Positions 11,575 through 25,013 of a DNA stretch of 52,827 nt are shown here, piece by piece. The stretch is from Mesotaenium endlicherianum. Taxonomy: Eukaryota. Positions within the stretch are counted from its first letter, which is position 1. Every line of letters begins with the position of its first letter. The translations under genes were made by a program, and so were the position numbers. Where the stretch lies: the NCBI GenBank assembly GCA_009602735.1, contig WELA01002202.1:169328-222154 (forward strand), read 5' to 3'. The notes under the pieces are model-generated. The model was not told where the DNA came from. It saw only the letters and a list, made by a program, of their open reading frames with translations, and ran no database searches.

Positions 11575-14500
11575 CTCAGACTATTACCCAATTGGTGACT
11601 ATCTGGGGCCCATCACTATAACCTCGGAGATCTGCCAGGTAGTCCTAATCCAGAGGTAAAAATAAAGAGGACTCTAGACAGAGCACTTTATAATCAGCTT
11701 AGACTAAGGTAACAACCTCGCCACAAAAACCAATTTCTACTAGTCAGTCAGTGCCAACGGGAAGTAGGCAGTCTCAGAAAGAAAGCCCAGCTCTTGTCAG
11801 CATGTACAGGACCTGAGATGTTGGTATGACAGCAACAGAAGTCACCATACTTAGATCCCACTCCCTCGTGTTTTCTATAACCCCAAACCCCTGATCAGGA
11901 AAGTCCAGAACAGATCCTTAAAAAAGTGGCCTAAGTCACCACTACCCTCTAGAGAAGACCTGTCAATGAATGCCCTTTAAAAAATGGTAAAAGCTTAATA
12001 GCAAAAATATATCCCTGCCCGCACTTTGTGAGGAAGTGCGAATTGCTTCCTTCTTGAAGCCCTGCGATAGAAACTCGGGAACCCTTAGTAGGGGTTGTAG
12101 TAGTAAGTGCTGGCGTGGGGGTTGGCAACGCCGGTGTCCGGGAAAGCCGTCTTGTAGTCCAGGGTGGTCCACTTGGGGTCGGGGTAGATGTGAGTGGCGT
12201 TCCACTGGAACACCTGCACTGTCTTGGTGCCGCCACGGTGGAACAGGCCGTAGCTGCCAAACACACACACGGCAAGACACGACAGTCAGCATATTGTCTT
12301 TTGACACACCGATGGCTGAATTGGTCACCCACGCAAGGGTAACTGAGTCAAAACTGCCAAGGATAAAGAGATGTGTAGCATCAACAGGGAGGAAGCCAAA
12401 GTGACCAGAAGGTTCTTGCTCCCCAACAAACACATGGGGGGGATTATAACCTCTGCGCCAGGGAATGCGTGCGTACCTCTTGAAGTCGAGGAAGTAGTTG
12501 AAGAGGACAAAGCGGTTGTCCAGGGGGGACTGGGTGCCTCCAAGGCCTCCCGGGTACAGTGCAAGGTAGTGGGGGTTGGAGCCAGGTGGCAGGCTGGACA
12601 AACAGACAAAGAGAGATAGAGAGAGATGCACAAGTCAGGGCCAGACGAGATTTGTACAATAGACAAACAGGAAGCCGACACGGTCCTTCAGATGCCAGCT
12701 GTGCAGTGCGCGCACGGGCCAGCATGCAGCAGTAAAGACACGACAGGAGACACCGCCAAGTAGTGCTTCAGCGCAGGAGATGGGGTCCCACCCTCACATG
12801 AACAAATCACTCACATGTAGGTGCTGACGATCTTGATGGCCTCGGGCGTGCTGTAGTCGAAGTAGACGATGCGGTCGATGGCATTCAGCGTCACAAATCC
12901 AGTCTGCAGGAGAGAAGGAATCGTTCGATGAGCAATCCATGCCACCATCAGCTTCTCTGTGAGTGGAAACACACCGGCTAATGTGACCAGGAGAAAGAAG
13001 GCACGTCCAGGAGCTGGCCAGTCAGGAGATGCAAGCACCGCGACCTCACAGTGCATTCGGTAACAACGGGAGGGCAAGGGGACGAGACCTACCCGCTTGT
13101 CGGCGCCGAGGACAAAGTAGTGGGGGTCGGCGTTGGGGAGGCCCTCGAGAGTCAGGTCAAGTGCCACAGTCCACGTGACACCGGGCTTCCTGCAACCCCC
13201 GCGCGTGTGCCAAAGTCAGCATCACATACGGCAGGCCCCTGTGTAGAAATACAGGAGGTCGGTCCCCTCTGACAGGGAGAAGAAGAGAGGCCTCGCACGC
13301 ACCCCCGCCAACACCATAGCATCAGGGCACCATACTATAGTGAGGAGCAGCAGGCAGCTGTGGGCGAGGACACGTCAGGGGCTGGAGGGTGTCCATGCAT
13401 GTGCCAGCAGGGCTACAACGCGACAGGTGGCAACGAGCCGAGGGCAAAGCAGTCCCGACGTGAGAGACATGGGGGGCGATAATCAGGAAGAGGAGGGGAC
13501 TCACGATCCGTCCAGGTTGGGGTCCAGCAGGTAGATCTTGTTGGAGTTGACGCCGGTGCCGTAGAAGCGGCCGCGCGCGTCGCCCGGCAGGTAGTGCACC
13601 ACCAGGTTGCCGGCGTTGTCGTCCACGATCCAGGTGTCGATGATGGTGCGCGTGCTGTACTTCCACAGCCGGTACGTGGGCTGGTAGTTGATGCCCTGGT
13701 AGGCCGTCTGCGTGGCGTACAGCAGCGAGGCGGGCTCCACGAAGTCGGTGGTGACCATGATGTCCAGGTCCTCGCGCACGGCGATGCCGTGGATGTTGAG
13801 CGTGCCCAGCGACACCACGCCCTCGGGCTTCAGGAAGTTGGCGGTGTTGACGGGCCGCGTGAAGGGGCCCCCGAAGATGCCCAGGAAGCTGCCCAGGTAG
13901 CCGTTGAGCGCGCCCAGGTACAGCGGCGAGATGGGCGGCAGGTCCGGGTACTCCTTGAGGACTTTGCCATTGCGGTCCAGCTCCGTGATGCGCCCGATGG
14001 GCGTGCCCGCGCGCGTGGACAGGCTGCTCGCGAGTCACAAGACACCCGGTACGTGTTGGTCAGGCTGTGAGGGAAGGGCCTTTCGAGGGGGGGCTCAATG
14101 CGTAGGTGACGACGCTTGGATGCAAGCATGGGTCTCGCTAAAGCATCTGACGGACTTCCACAAGGCACCTGGATTGGTAGCGGGAAGGAAGCTGGGAAGA
14201 AGTGGGTGAGAGACTGCAGTTAAGAGCAGCTTGCATATAGCAAGGTCATGGGAGGAGCAAGGACGGAAGGGGGGGACAGGCGTGGAGTGCTAGGGAGGGC
14301 AAGGTACGCAGCAGAAAGCAGCAGCGGCAGCGGCGGCGGCAGCGAGCGCAGTACCTGCTGAGGAGGAAGCCGCCGGTCTCCGCCACGGGGTAGAGCTCGT
14401 CCGCCGCACCCGACAGCAGGGGGTTGGCCGTTGCGATCTGCACGGGGTCGCGAGGGTTGGTGGTGTCGAAGATGAACACCTGCTCCTGCAGCGGCTTGGT

Positions 14501-16099
14501 GGAGGCAAAGGGGTATAGGAACGACAGGATGCCCGCTCCCGCCACGCGCGTGTAGTCCGTGCTGAAGGTCAGGTGGTGGGGCTGCAGGCACACACATGCA
14601 ACATGAACCAAGGGCTGTCAGGCTTTGCATGCATTGCTTAGCTCTGGATGATGCGCCTTCAGCTGCCGGAGAACTCTCAAGTCCATCAGTGCACAGGATC
14701 ATGTTGAGTATGCACACGTGGGACTCAATCAGTGAACGCAGGATGATGTACACAAACGCCACGACATGGACATGCGACGGAAAGCTGACTCCATTGGCAA
14801 AAAGAGTGAATCGGAGAGAGTGGGGGCAAGTATACATGGCACCGCCTGACTGATGCCCACCTCATTGCCGCGGGCGGAGTCGCCCGTGAGTTGCACCCGC
14901 TTGATGAGCTTGCCGTAGTCGGCGGAGCTGCGGTTGAAGTTGTACACGGCCAGAAAGTCGGGGTGCACGTGGTCGTCGTCTCCGGCCCAGATGTAGATCA
15001 GCTCGTCCTTCACCGTGTTGCGCGGGATGAGGCCCAGCACCACCTGCAATTAGGCATTCTCCGCACGCCCCAGGCTCAGCACTTTCGGGACGGCAGTTGC
15101 GTTGATACTGGCATTCGCGTACTGGCGCAATGGCTTCAGCTGCCACATGGCCTTGCCCCGTGTGTTGAGCGCAGCATGCTGCAGCATGCATGTTGCGCTC
15201 TGCTTGACGACTGCGACGCTGTTCCAGAGAGCAACTGTCCTTCAACCAGTGAAGGTCGACTGATATACGGAAAAGATGGCAAGCTCATGATCACGAACAC
15301 AATACTTTTTGACCGCCTCTTTGCTGTTCTAGTGCAGCTTGAAAGCACCACCTCACTTGCTCCCACTTATGGCGAGCTCAAACGCGACGAGTGCTGTCTT
15401 AACAAAGAGCAACCATCTGTACACCCTGGATATGATCAACACTCCGAATAGGAGGAGCTTCGCCCTGAGACTACAAGTTCCGAGTTTGATATACGCAACC
15501 GAGCTGATGCATCAGAGAGCTTGACAGCAAGACACTCACTAGACGTTGACAAGAAACACTCATGTAGGAGTCTGCCAACCCAGTTTCTGATATATCATCC
15601 CAATCAAAGGCATCACTCACGCAAAGTCCCAGGTGTCCTCACATGCATGTCTTGCGACTTGCATGCAGATTACACTTTGGGCTGCCGTGTATTACCTGGG
15701 CAGAGACCAGGAGGACAAGAAACGCCAAGGATGACGTACTGGCGGCCATAGTACTGCACAGCTTACGAAACTCTTAAAGAAGAGTTCCTTCTCCGCTGGC
15801 TCTTGCTTGGGGAGAGCAGTACAAAGGCCAATGTTCCGCCTCTGATGGAGCCTGTGACTTCCTGAAGCTACGCAAGACAAGATTCAAGTGCAGTACATGT
15901 TGCCTTGCACTGCGGTACTTCTTATACGCTTCCGCTTCTTCGGCGACGAAGCCATCAGTTGCCGGACATACCTCATCGCTTACTGTTTGCATTGGCGGAG
16001 GGCCCTCTGGCCCGATTTCTCGTCCATGTTCTTGCTCTTGACAGGGTTACCTATTCTTTGGAAGTTTGCTTTTGGCATGTAGCTTAGGTGTCACCTACA
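11575..16099. repeat. Left arm of a 4,525-bp apparently identical inverted repeat (partner 39339-43863)
   Basis: Every ORF in the six-frame track here has an identical translation on the opposite strand with constant coordinate sum 55438, so no indels. First mismatches read by eye at 11574/43864 and 16100/39338. Confidence 0.95.
12085..15749 (-). CDS. Secreted SBP56 / methanethiol-oxidase-like protein, copy 2 (484 aa, 8 coding exons)
   Basis: Exons 15749-15696, 15043-14861, 14581-14355, 14023-13505, 13189-13093, 12903-12815, 12593-12477 and 12253-12085 total 1455 nt. Reverse-complement identical to copy 3. I count 19 aa differences from copy 1. Confidence 0.85.
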
Positions 16100-16810
16100 G
16101 TTACATCTGGCATTATCCAAGCAAACAACTGAAGGTCCACCATTTGGCATGTATTGTTGTACGGAGAAAGCTTCCACTTGGAATAGAAAGTCCGCTGGAT
16201 GCGAAACGAGGTCACAAGAGAATCTAGTTTTGCCCCCCAACTCGCAGTGTGAAGGTGAGTATCATGCACTTTACCTATGAACATACCTCATATGCAGTTA
16301 GGACTAAACCTTAATAGACTACATGTTCCAATTCTAGCCTCAGGAAGTTCTGGGTTAATGTCTTAAACTGACTTTTACAAGCTTGAACGCACTTGAGCTC
16401 GTGCCACATTAAAGGATTAAGGGCCGGCGCAAACATTCCCAACAGCTAGAGCACATAGCACTGAGCAGGCACCGAGTACACAGAGATTGTGGTTCCGCTT
16501 CGAGTGTTATTTTCGAGTGGCTACACGTTTCAGGCTGTTGACAAGTGGCGTAATTGAGACGCATAATGTCAAAGTATCTCCTCAAAAACACACGACTGCA
16601 TAACATCGTTGCGGTCATTGTCCGAGAAGAAATCCAGGAGCATGGGTTGCATTGTCAGGCATTGTCGGGTTGCTTGGTGGCCCCTAGCCCTGCCGAGTGC
16701 CTAGTCTCCATCAAATGAGTGTTTCGGTTAGTTTGGGGAGAGACGTCTAGATTCATTGCATATGGCTTAACACAGGCATAGTTTTCACGGGTACCGCCTA
16801 CACCAGATTC

Positions 16811-19130
16811 TGTTACGTCCTGCAGTCAAGTGAATGCCCCAAGTATGTGACTCAGTTCGGGTTCTGAGCAGGTTTTGAGACATGAGACATATAGCATCTA
16901 CATATTATGAGGAAATTAAGGCTGTCGCGACTACTACTAGTAGTTGGACGGCGCGGCACCCGTGGCGGAAATCTTGGTTGCCTTAGGTACGGATAGTCAC
17001 ATAGACTCAACGACCAATTGCTGACATGTTCGGGTTGGCGTTGAAGGACGTAAGGCAGCCACACGCGAGAATGTAACTGCAATTAGTCAAGCTCGACTCT
17101 CGACGATGGGTGGGGAATTGACAAAGAGGCCAGCTGAAAGGCTTACCCCACCGGAACCTTCAAAAGGACCGGAACCTGCAAAAGGTCCTCGCCAACAGCT
17201 GCCAAGTCAAGCAGAGGTGACGAAGTAGCCATCTCAGCTGCTGCCAAGTCACATGTCACACGATAAGCTGTCGTGTTTGTATGTGTCGGTGACATGTGCA
17301 AATGTGAACCAAATTGACAGTAGATAAAACCCCCCCTAGAGCTAAGTGGGAGAAAAGCCCACTGCCTAAGTGCAAATGAAAAATGGAGTAGTTCTTAAAT
17401 GACCATGTAATTACTGAGAGATAGAGAACGTGTTCAAACTAATGATTCAACTAGATGGTTGGCTATGAAACAAGGAGCAAGAAACGGCGGTGGGAGTGCT
17501 AACCTATGCTCGGCAAGGGGGGCAGTGCCAGGATCCGACAGGAACACGGATAAGGGGAGGGGAGAGACACGAGAGATGCCAGCCCCGATTGCAAGCATCA
17601 CACAAGAGCATGGATGCTGAGCGCCGAGCCAATCCATAGAGAGTGCAGGGATGGTTGGTCGAAACGGTGGCCAGCAGCGGGTCCATTTCATACAGATTTT
17701 TGGGAGATGACACGGAGCCCAATTAATGAGGTGTTTTCGTAGTGTGAGGTCGTCAAAGCCTTCAAGTAAGGATCCCATCAGGAAAAAGTGTATGTACACG
17801 TAAAATGATAGGACCAGCCAGGACAAGTTGCGTGTCTTGGATTTCACGCTGGAGAAAAGATAATCACCGACATCAAATTTAATCAATTGGGGCTTGTAGC
17901 CCCACTGCGCATGCAAGCACAGCTGCAAGTATCGCGTTGTTGAGCAATCAACAGATTGTTCATGGGCATAGGGACATGTTTTTGAACAAGGAGAGCGCGC
18001 TCATGAAGGTGAGTGTGGAGGACAGAGGGATCACTGAGGTCGAGGAGAACACTCCAACGACAACGAAGAGCGGAGGGGAAGCAGGGGTCCGTGACCATAA
18101 AGGAGGAGGTAGGACGAGTAAGAGTGAAGAGGCGCTTGATTACTGAAATTATAATCTACGGTGAGCTAGGAAATGTGAAGGTCCCGGTTACAAACATCGT
18201 GGGCCAAACAAAACTTATGCAACCCACGTTTCACTGTTTGAACGACGCGTTCTGCTAGGCCGTCTGCCTGAGGGCGGTCGCACAACGTGGTACTATGGTC
18301 TATAAAGGCACGATCCAGGAGAGCACCAACTTCTCCTTGGAATTTCATTTTCCGTTATGTAAGTACTTCAGCACAAGCGCCGAAGCGACATAGCACTCGC
18401 TCAACAACGACGTAAGCACTCGACTTTTCAAGCAGATTAACGAGTTTGACCCACTTTGTGAAATGTTGAATCATCACAAGCACATAGCGGTACCCTCGCT
18501 TTGACTCTGGGCAAAAGACCTGCCAAATTGAGGAACCAATGGTAGAACATGTCGCGGATGGGTAGGGGTTGGAGAGTTGAAGGAGTAACGTTGAAACTAG
18601 CGCGCACCTGATCACAGGTTAAACAAGCACAAATGATTGCTGACACTTGAGTGACCATCTCTGCCCACCAGTGTTATGTCTGCAAGAGACCTGCTGTACG
18701 TTGAGCGCCAAAGTGGCCTAACTCTAGGTGTATACGCGAAATGAGAGCTTGTCAATCACGGGCGGAACCACTTTGCCCCCCCCGCGACGCAGCCAAAAGA
18801 AGACTCCCTCTTGCCGTTGGTTGCGTAGGCTACGATAAAGAACTCAATTGTATTTACGAGACAACATATCAGGAGGTACAACGCATGTCTGGAGGTAAGC
18901 AAGCAGAGGAACATTGGACCAAAAGTTGGTCCGAGTAGACAGAGTGGGCACCGAAGCAATTAGAAATTTGAGAGAGGGAACAGACAGACCTAAGAAGTAC
19001 AAGGTATGCGAGGCTGGTAGAAGGTGTTCCTGGTGCAACGAAGCATCACGCGCCTCAATGGGATCAAGGTCAAAAGAATCAAGATTACAACTCAAGCTAT
19101 CAGCATCTTGATGCATGAGCCCAACTCCTG
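16811..19130 (-). mobile_element. Degenerate, 5'-truncated Ty3/gypsy LTR retrotransposon with integrase plus C-terminal PHD finger
   Basis: Fragments in shifting frames: RNase H end (HQDADSLS), integrase Zn domain (GHFGAQRT...CLTCDQ), core (LQPLPI, YRYVLVMIQHFTKW, CRFGACAEVLT, PQADGLAERVVQTVK), then PHD (MLLCDACNRGWHLSCLSPPLIRVPVGSWHCPPC, 17504-17722). A G7 PPT-like run on the - strand near 17330-17336 is followed by TGTCA at 17319. The distal LTR end (16811) is a guess. Confidence 0.8.
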
Positions 19131-19329
19131 TTCCACCTCATTTTCATCTTCTTTCTCAGAGAGTGCTGGATTAAGTCTGCCAGGTCATTCAGTTCCCTAC
19201 TAAATCTATTGACCAACATTTCTTATAACAAATTGGAAGGTTGTTGGGCTCTAAGCTTATTGATCTCTATTCGGCCTACATTCTTTGTGCATTTGAAAAA
19301 CGCATGCTTCCTCTTAGAGAAATAATATA

Positions 19330-20065
19330 TGTAATAAATTAATCTATTGGTAAATGTAACATTCATTCAAATATAATAGTTGATTAAGTTAGGTCTGCCG
19401 AACCATAGATGATATCCAAATTCACTTTTGTCAGTATTAACATAATGGATACTTAGGGACATTCAATATAATGACTTAGTAAATAGCAGCAGGCTGTGGT
19501 TTACTTAGGTCAACTTGTTGACTCATTCCTGACAGCCAGCTGACTGCTCTACACGGTATCAATAAACAGCCTAGTTATGCATCTAAGTGTGATATGCTAT
19601 TAAGTGGCCTGTGACACCCTTGGGTGGATGACGATTCGTAATGATGGGAAATGGTTGTGGATTTAGTTAGCCGAGCTCCTATCGACGTGGTTAACTCCCG
19701 GGTAGGTGGTGCCATTGCACTTGCTGTTGAACAGTAAACTCGTTCCATGTACATAGGCTAGGTTATGCTCTCGAGTTCGGCATCCGGAAAGAAGGTCAAC
19801 TCTCTGTACAAATTACTGAAAGAACATCTGAATCCAAGGTTGCAAGCGGTTACACAAACTGCTTACTGACCTTACTTATGTAGAAATTTACTGATTGCAT
19901 AATTTAAACTCGTAACTTGCATTTGACTTCTGAGTATTACTCTTGTTAGTTGTGTGGTCTTTTGTTGATTAATAATTTAACCTAAAAATACCACAAAAAC
20001 TACCTTTTGATATAAAGATTTTTTAATAAATTGTTAAACACCTATTGGTAAGACAATTCATTTCA
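19330..20065 (+). mobile_element. 5' LTR of a Ty3/gypsy element
   Basis: Starts TGTAATAAATT and ends AATTCATTTCA (TG...CA with inverted ends). Homologous to 21199-21917 and 24185-24903, and directly followed by a PBS. Confidence 0.85.
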
Positions 20066-20066
20066 G

Positions 20067-20078
20067 TGGTATCGGAGC
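20067..20078 (+). other. Primer-binding site (tRNA-iMet type)
   Basis: TGGTATCGGAGC, 1 nt after the LTR terminal CA; the canonical plant Met PBS is TGGTATCAGAGC. Confidence 0.8.
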
Positions 20079-20233
20079 TCTTATCATAGTTTTCTTTGTA
20101 TGGTAACGACTCGGTCTTAGACAAGCAATTTCTGAAATATGAAAGGTCAGGATAACAAAAACATAGGAAATTAGGCGGAGAGCCAAATAATTGAACTTCG
20201 CACTTCCCCTGAAGCTTAGCAGATATTGCGGCT

Positions 20234-23200
20234 ATGGAAGCTGCAGAAAAAGCGGCAGCTATCGTTGCAGTAGCATTCCAGCAAGCTGAGGAAGAACGCA
20301 TAAAAATAGAAATTGAGCATTTAGCTAAAGAGGAAGAGAATGCAGCAGCAACAAGGAGGCGTGGGGTTGATGTCAAGAGGGTGGAGGAACTGATGGCAGA
20401 AAGGGCCGATCTTCAAAATCTACCTCACATTGTTGCTGCTGATGTACCTCTTGCCCTGATTTGTGGACAGCTGAGTGGAGCGAGAATTACTAATGCAGCA
20501 ACCATAAGAAATGCCGAGGCTATTGTTGAGCAATTCAATGCTACTGCTGCTGCTATGGCTGAATTGCCATTTCAGAATGTTAATTTGGGTGCATTATTTG
20601 TTCAAATGTAGTCTCAAATGAATATCATATATCAGTTCCAACAAGAGGACAAAAGGATTATGATGGCAATGTTGCATGATAAGGACCAACTGGACTCTCA
20701 CACTATTGGAGGTGGAAGAGGGCCTAGTGACCAAAGCCAAAACTCCTTCAGGACTGACCCTGAGGGGAACAAGAAATATGACCTAATAAAACTTCTCGCT
20801 GATGTTGAGCAGTGGTTGGAGAACTATCCAGAACTGCAATACTTTGAGGAGGTCAGGCACGCCTGTACTTTGCTGAAAGCCAGCGCAACAGACTAGTGGC
20901 CCTTTTGATCCCTTGTTGATAGAGTTCATTGAGCAATTGCATGAGAAGCTCAATCAGCAGGAAAACGCTATCTATGCAATGATCTTCCTGACATTGAAGG
21001 AGACATTTTTGTTGCTGAGTATTTTTGAAAGTTTCAGGAGAACATGATGAAGAAGCCCGCGTTGCCAAAGCTGTATAGGATGGCATATTTCAGGTATGGC
21101 TTGAAGTGTAAGGTCCTAAGTCATTTTGCTGACAAGAAATATGACAAACTAGCTTACTTTATCCGAGATACAAATGCTTGGGGTCAGCTGCAATTTAATG
21201 TAATGAATCAGTATATTGGTAGATATAATATTCATTTAAACATGATAACTAAGTAACTTCAGCTTGCTGAACTTCAGTTAATATTCAGTCTGCTGGATTT
21301 TATAGAATAATCAGTTTAATGACTCAGTCGGGAGCAGCAGGCTGAAGTCAACTTAGGTCAGCTTGCTGACACATTCTTTGACAGCCAGCTGACTTCTGTA
21401 CTCGAAAGCAGCGAACTGCCTAGGTATGCATCTAAGTGTGGTGTGCTAGATGAATGGCCAGATGACATCCTTTGGATGGATTGCGATTCGGGATGATGGG
21501 AGATGGCGGTGGATTTGGTTAACCGAGGTCCTACCAACGTGGTTAACTCCCGGGTAGGCGGTGCCATCGCACTGGCCGTTGAACAGTAAACTCATTCCAT
21601 GCACATGTGCTAGGTATTGCTCTCGAGTTCGGCATTCGGAAACGAGGCCAACTCTCTTGTATTGCTGACTGAGAGAGATCTGAATCCAAAGCGAGAAGCC
21701 ATTGATATGCACTGTCTCCTAGTCTTGCTTATGTGTGAGTTTACAGATTGCATTATTACTGCTAGTTTACTTCCATTTGACTTCCGAGTATTGTCAACTG
21801 CTAGTACGTTGTCTTTTGCTGTTGAATCAATTAACGGAAAATACCATAAAGATTACTTGCTGATATAAAGATCTTCGTTGATTGTTACTCGCCCATTTGG
21901 TGAGTCGATTCATTTCACTGCCCTTGGTCTTCAGCTGTTAGGTGGAATTTGGCATCGTAGGGTATCTTTGCAAGCTCTGGTGTGGTGGGAACAGGACGGA
22001 TATGTTGTAATTTACTGTTTTTCTGATGTCCAACATTTCTTTGTTAAATCAGGAGAACAATGCAAAAGCCGGGAAAAGTCAGTCCCTTCTATTCTATTGC
22101 ATTGTATGATTGCAAGGAGCAAGGTAAGGGCGTTTTTTGACGGATGAGCGCGACATACTTTTATTTCTAAGAACTTAGTTAAGCGGCTAAGGTTGCCTAC
22201 TGCCACCCAAGAGAATAAAATAATTGTTCTTGGAGATGCCTCAAGTATCTCGGGAGGAGTTCTAATGAAACCTATTGAGGTCCAGTCAGGTTCTGGCATT
22301 GCAATTCTAACTAAAACGCTTACGTATGAGATACTCAACACTGGCTTTTATGATCTCGTGCTAGGTAGGTCCTGGCTGGAAAGACATAAAGTTGAAGTGT
22401 GTTGGAGCAAAGGTACGCTTAAAGTGAGAGAGTTCAGTGATGGGCACACTAACTTGGCACCCTCCAGTGTCTCTCCACTTGTCCTGTATAGATGGCAAAT
22501 GAAAGGAAAAGGGATGATTCCAAGAGGATGCAAATTGCTAGATGCAATGGAGTTCGTCAAAAGTTGGAACCAGAAGGAAGACATAATGTTCTGTCTATTG
22601 CTAAAAGAGGTACCATCTCGACCTGAAGAAGTAGTTGAGAAAAAGATAAGCCCTCCAGAGCACCGCACTGTTGCAAAAATTGTTGCGCAACATGTTGATG
22701 GTTTTAAGATGCCTCCGGGCCTCCCACCTAAGAGGGAGGTAAATCAAGAGATTGAGCTTGTGCTTGAAAATCAGCCACCGTGGCAACGCACCTAAGGGCT
22801 GTCCTATTTGGAGAGTGAAGAACTAAAAACACAAATTAAGGAATTTGAGGAGAATGGATATATCTCCCCTAGTTAATCACCTTATGGCGCACCCATTCTG
22901 TCTATTAGGAAAAAAGATGACAATATGCGAATGTGTGTGGATTACAGAGCACTTAACAAAATCACTGTGAAAAACAAAGTATGCTTTGCCCAGAATCAAA
23001 GACTTGCTTGATACCCTGTCTAGGACTAAAGTTTTCATTGAGATTGACTTGAATTGTGGTTATCATCAAATCAGAATTGCTAAGGGAGATGAACACAAGA
23101 CTGCTTTACCCACACGCTATGGGCACTATGGATTCAATGTAATGCCTTTTGGTCTGACAAGTGCTGTTGCTACCTTTGTGGGTGCTATGAGTGACATTTT

Positions 23201-24184
23201 CGGACCTTATTTGGATAAGTTTGTGCAAGTTTTCTTGGATAAAATTTTGGTCTTCTCAAAAAATGAAAGTGAGCACGCTGAACACTTAAGAGTAGTAATG
23301 AAGACCCTCAAAATGAATCAACTTCATATTAAAATGTGCGAGTATGATTTCTTTAAGGAAAGTAGTGAATTCTTTGGTGATGTTGTCAGAAAGTGTTGAC
23401 TTTAACAAAGTTCAGACCATAAGAAATCGGCTAGTACCTTAGTCTATCTCAAAAGTTAAATCCTTCCTCGGGTTAGCTAACTATAACGGGAGATTTATTG
23501 AGAACCATTCCACTAAGGCCTGTAAATTGACTCACCTTACTAAAAAGAATATTGGGTATGTGTGGGGGAAGAGCAGTAAGCTGCCTTCCAGACCCTTAAA
23601 GAAGCTCTGTGCTTTGCCGCTCTTTTCGCTGTTTATGACCCTAGCAAATTTGTGCAGGTGGTTACTGACGTTATGACTTTGCTGTGGGTGCTATTTGTTT
23701 GCAGCCTGTTGACAAAACCACAAAGGATGGTAAGATGAAGTAAGAATGGCATCCTATGCTATATGAGTTCATGAAGTTCAATCCAACTGAGATTAATTAT
23801 TATGTGCATGATAAGGAGCTGTTGGCTATTATCCATGTCCTCAAACATTGGAGGGCCTACTTACATGAAAAAGCTTTCAAGGTGATTACAGATGAACTAA
23901 CTCTCACGCATATCCGAAAGAAGCCCAAGCTGTTTAGGAGGGAGAATCGCTGGAGCCAGATGCAGACACAATTCCAAGTCCAGATCGACTACAAACCAGG
24001 GGAGTTGAATTCTGCTGATGCTCTCTCTATAAGACCTAACTTGCAAGAAAGGAACTTTGATCAACATGCCAATAAGGTCGTGTGTGCACTCACGTCACTT
24101 AAGGTGAAAAAGTCCTTCCTTGAAAAACTTAGGAAAGTCAACTTTTCTGACCCAACATTTGAGCCCAGTCCAACTGATGGTATG
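20234..24184 (+). mobile_element. Degenerate gag-protease-RT-RNase H half of a Ty3/gypsy element
   Basis: Gag-like coiled ORFs at 20234-21190. Decayed protease motif (RAFFDG*ARHTFIS) and [65 protein letters not shown]. RNase H: YYVHDKELLAII, YKPGELN-SADALS. Many stops and frameshifts. Confidence 0.9.
21199..21917 (+). mobile_element. Second LTR of the same family, nested between gag and protease
   Basis: TGTAATGAATC...GATTCATTTCA (10/11 inverted match), 719 bp. No PBS after it, no PPT before it, and no visible TSD. Confidence 0.8.
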
Positions 24185-24903
24185 TAAAATGAATCGACTT
24201 CCCAAATAGGCGAATAACAATTAATGAAGATTTTTATATCAGCAAGTAATCTTTATGGTATTTTCTGTTAACTGATTCAACAGCAAAAGACAACACACTA
24301 GTAATAGACAATTCTCGCAAGTCAAATGAAAGTAAACTAGCATCAATAATGCAATCAGTAAATTCATACATAAGCAAGGCTAGAAGGAAGTGCATATCAA
24401 TGGCTTCTCGCCCTAGATTCAGATATCTCTCAGGAAGCTGTACGAGAGAGTTGGCCTCGTTTTTGAATGCCGAACTCGAGAGCAATACCTAGCATATGTA
24501 CATGGAATGAGTTTACTGTTCAACGGCAAGTGCGATGGCACCGCCTACCCGGGAGTTAACCACGTCGGTAGGACCTCGGTTAATCGAATCCACCACCATC
24601 TCCTATCATCCCAAATCGCCATCCATCATAGGGATGTCATCTGGCCATTAATCTAGCATACCACACTTAGATGCATATCTAGGCAGTTCGCTGCTATCGA
24701 GTACGGAAGTCAGCGGGCTATCAAAGAATGTGTCAGCAAGCTGACCTATGTTGACTTCAGCCTTCTGCTCTTGGCTGAGTCGTTATTCTGATTAATATTT
24801 AAAGTCCAGCAGATTGAATATTAACTAAAGTCCAGCAGACTGACCATAATTAACTATTTCATTTCAATGAATATTGTATCTACCAATGTATTGATTCATT
24901 ATA
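24185..24903 (-). mobile_element. 3' LTR (reverse orientation) of the minus-strand chromovirus half
   Basis: Reverse-complement homolog of 21199-21917 with the same 719-bp length and termini decayed to TA...TA. Preceded on the - strand by AAGTTGGAGTAAT, a possible decayed PPT. Confidence 0.8.
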
Positions 24904-25013
24904 ATTACTCCAACTTAGATTGTTGTCGACTCGACAACACTGATTAACTATTATTTACAATCCCGCAAGGCACATGCAACACAAAAGCAGATTGACTTAA
25001 ACAAAAATAGCAA

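Noticed and set aside
13322..14070. Long alternative-frame and antisense ORFs over the SBP56-like exons (also 5116-6355, 41368-42116, and 52136-52681 over TBCCD1)
   Set aside because: Shadow ORFs caused by high GC3 codon bias; low-complexity Arg/His/Ala translations.
16653..16657. TGTCA as the distal end of the PHD-element LTR
   Set aside because: The same ATTGTCAGG context occurs upstream of copy 1 (~9008-9016), so it belongs to the duplicated host flank.
21199..24903. DIRS-like element with inverted terminal repeats around RT
   Set aside because: The repeats are TG...CA LTRs (one family copy has a Met PBS), the RT is Ty3/gypsy-type, no tyrosine recombinase is seen, and the reverse LTR belongs to the minus-strand integrase half.
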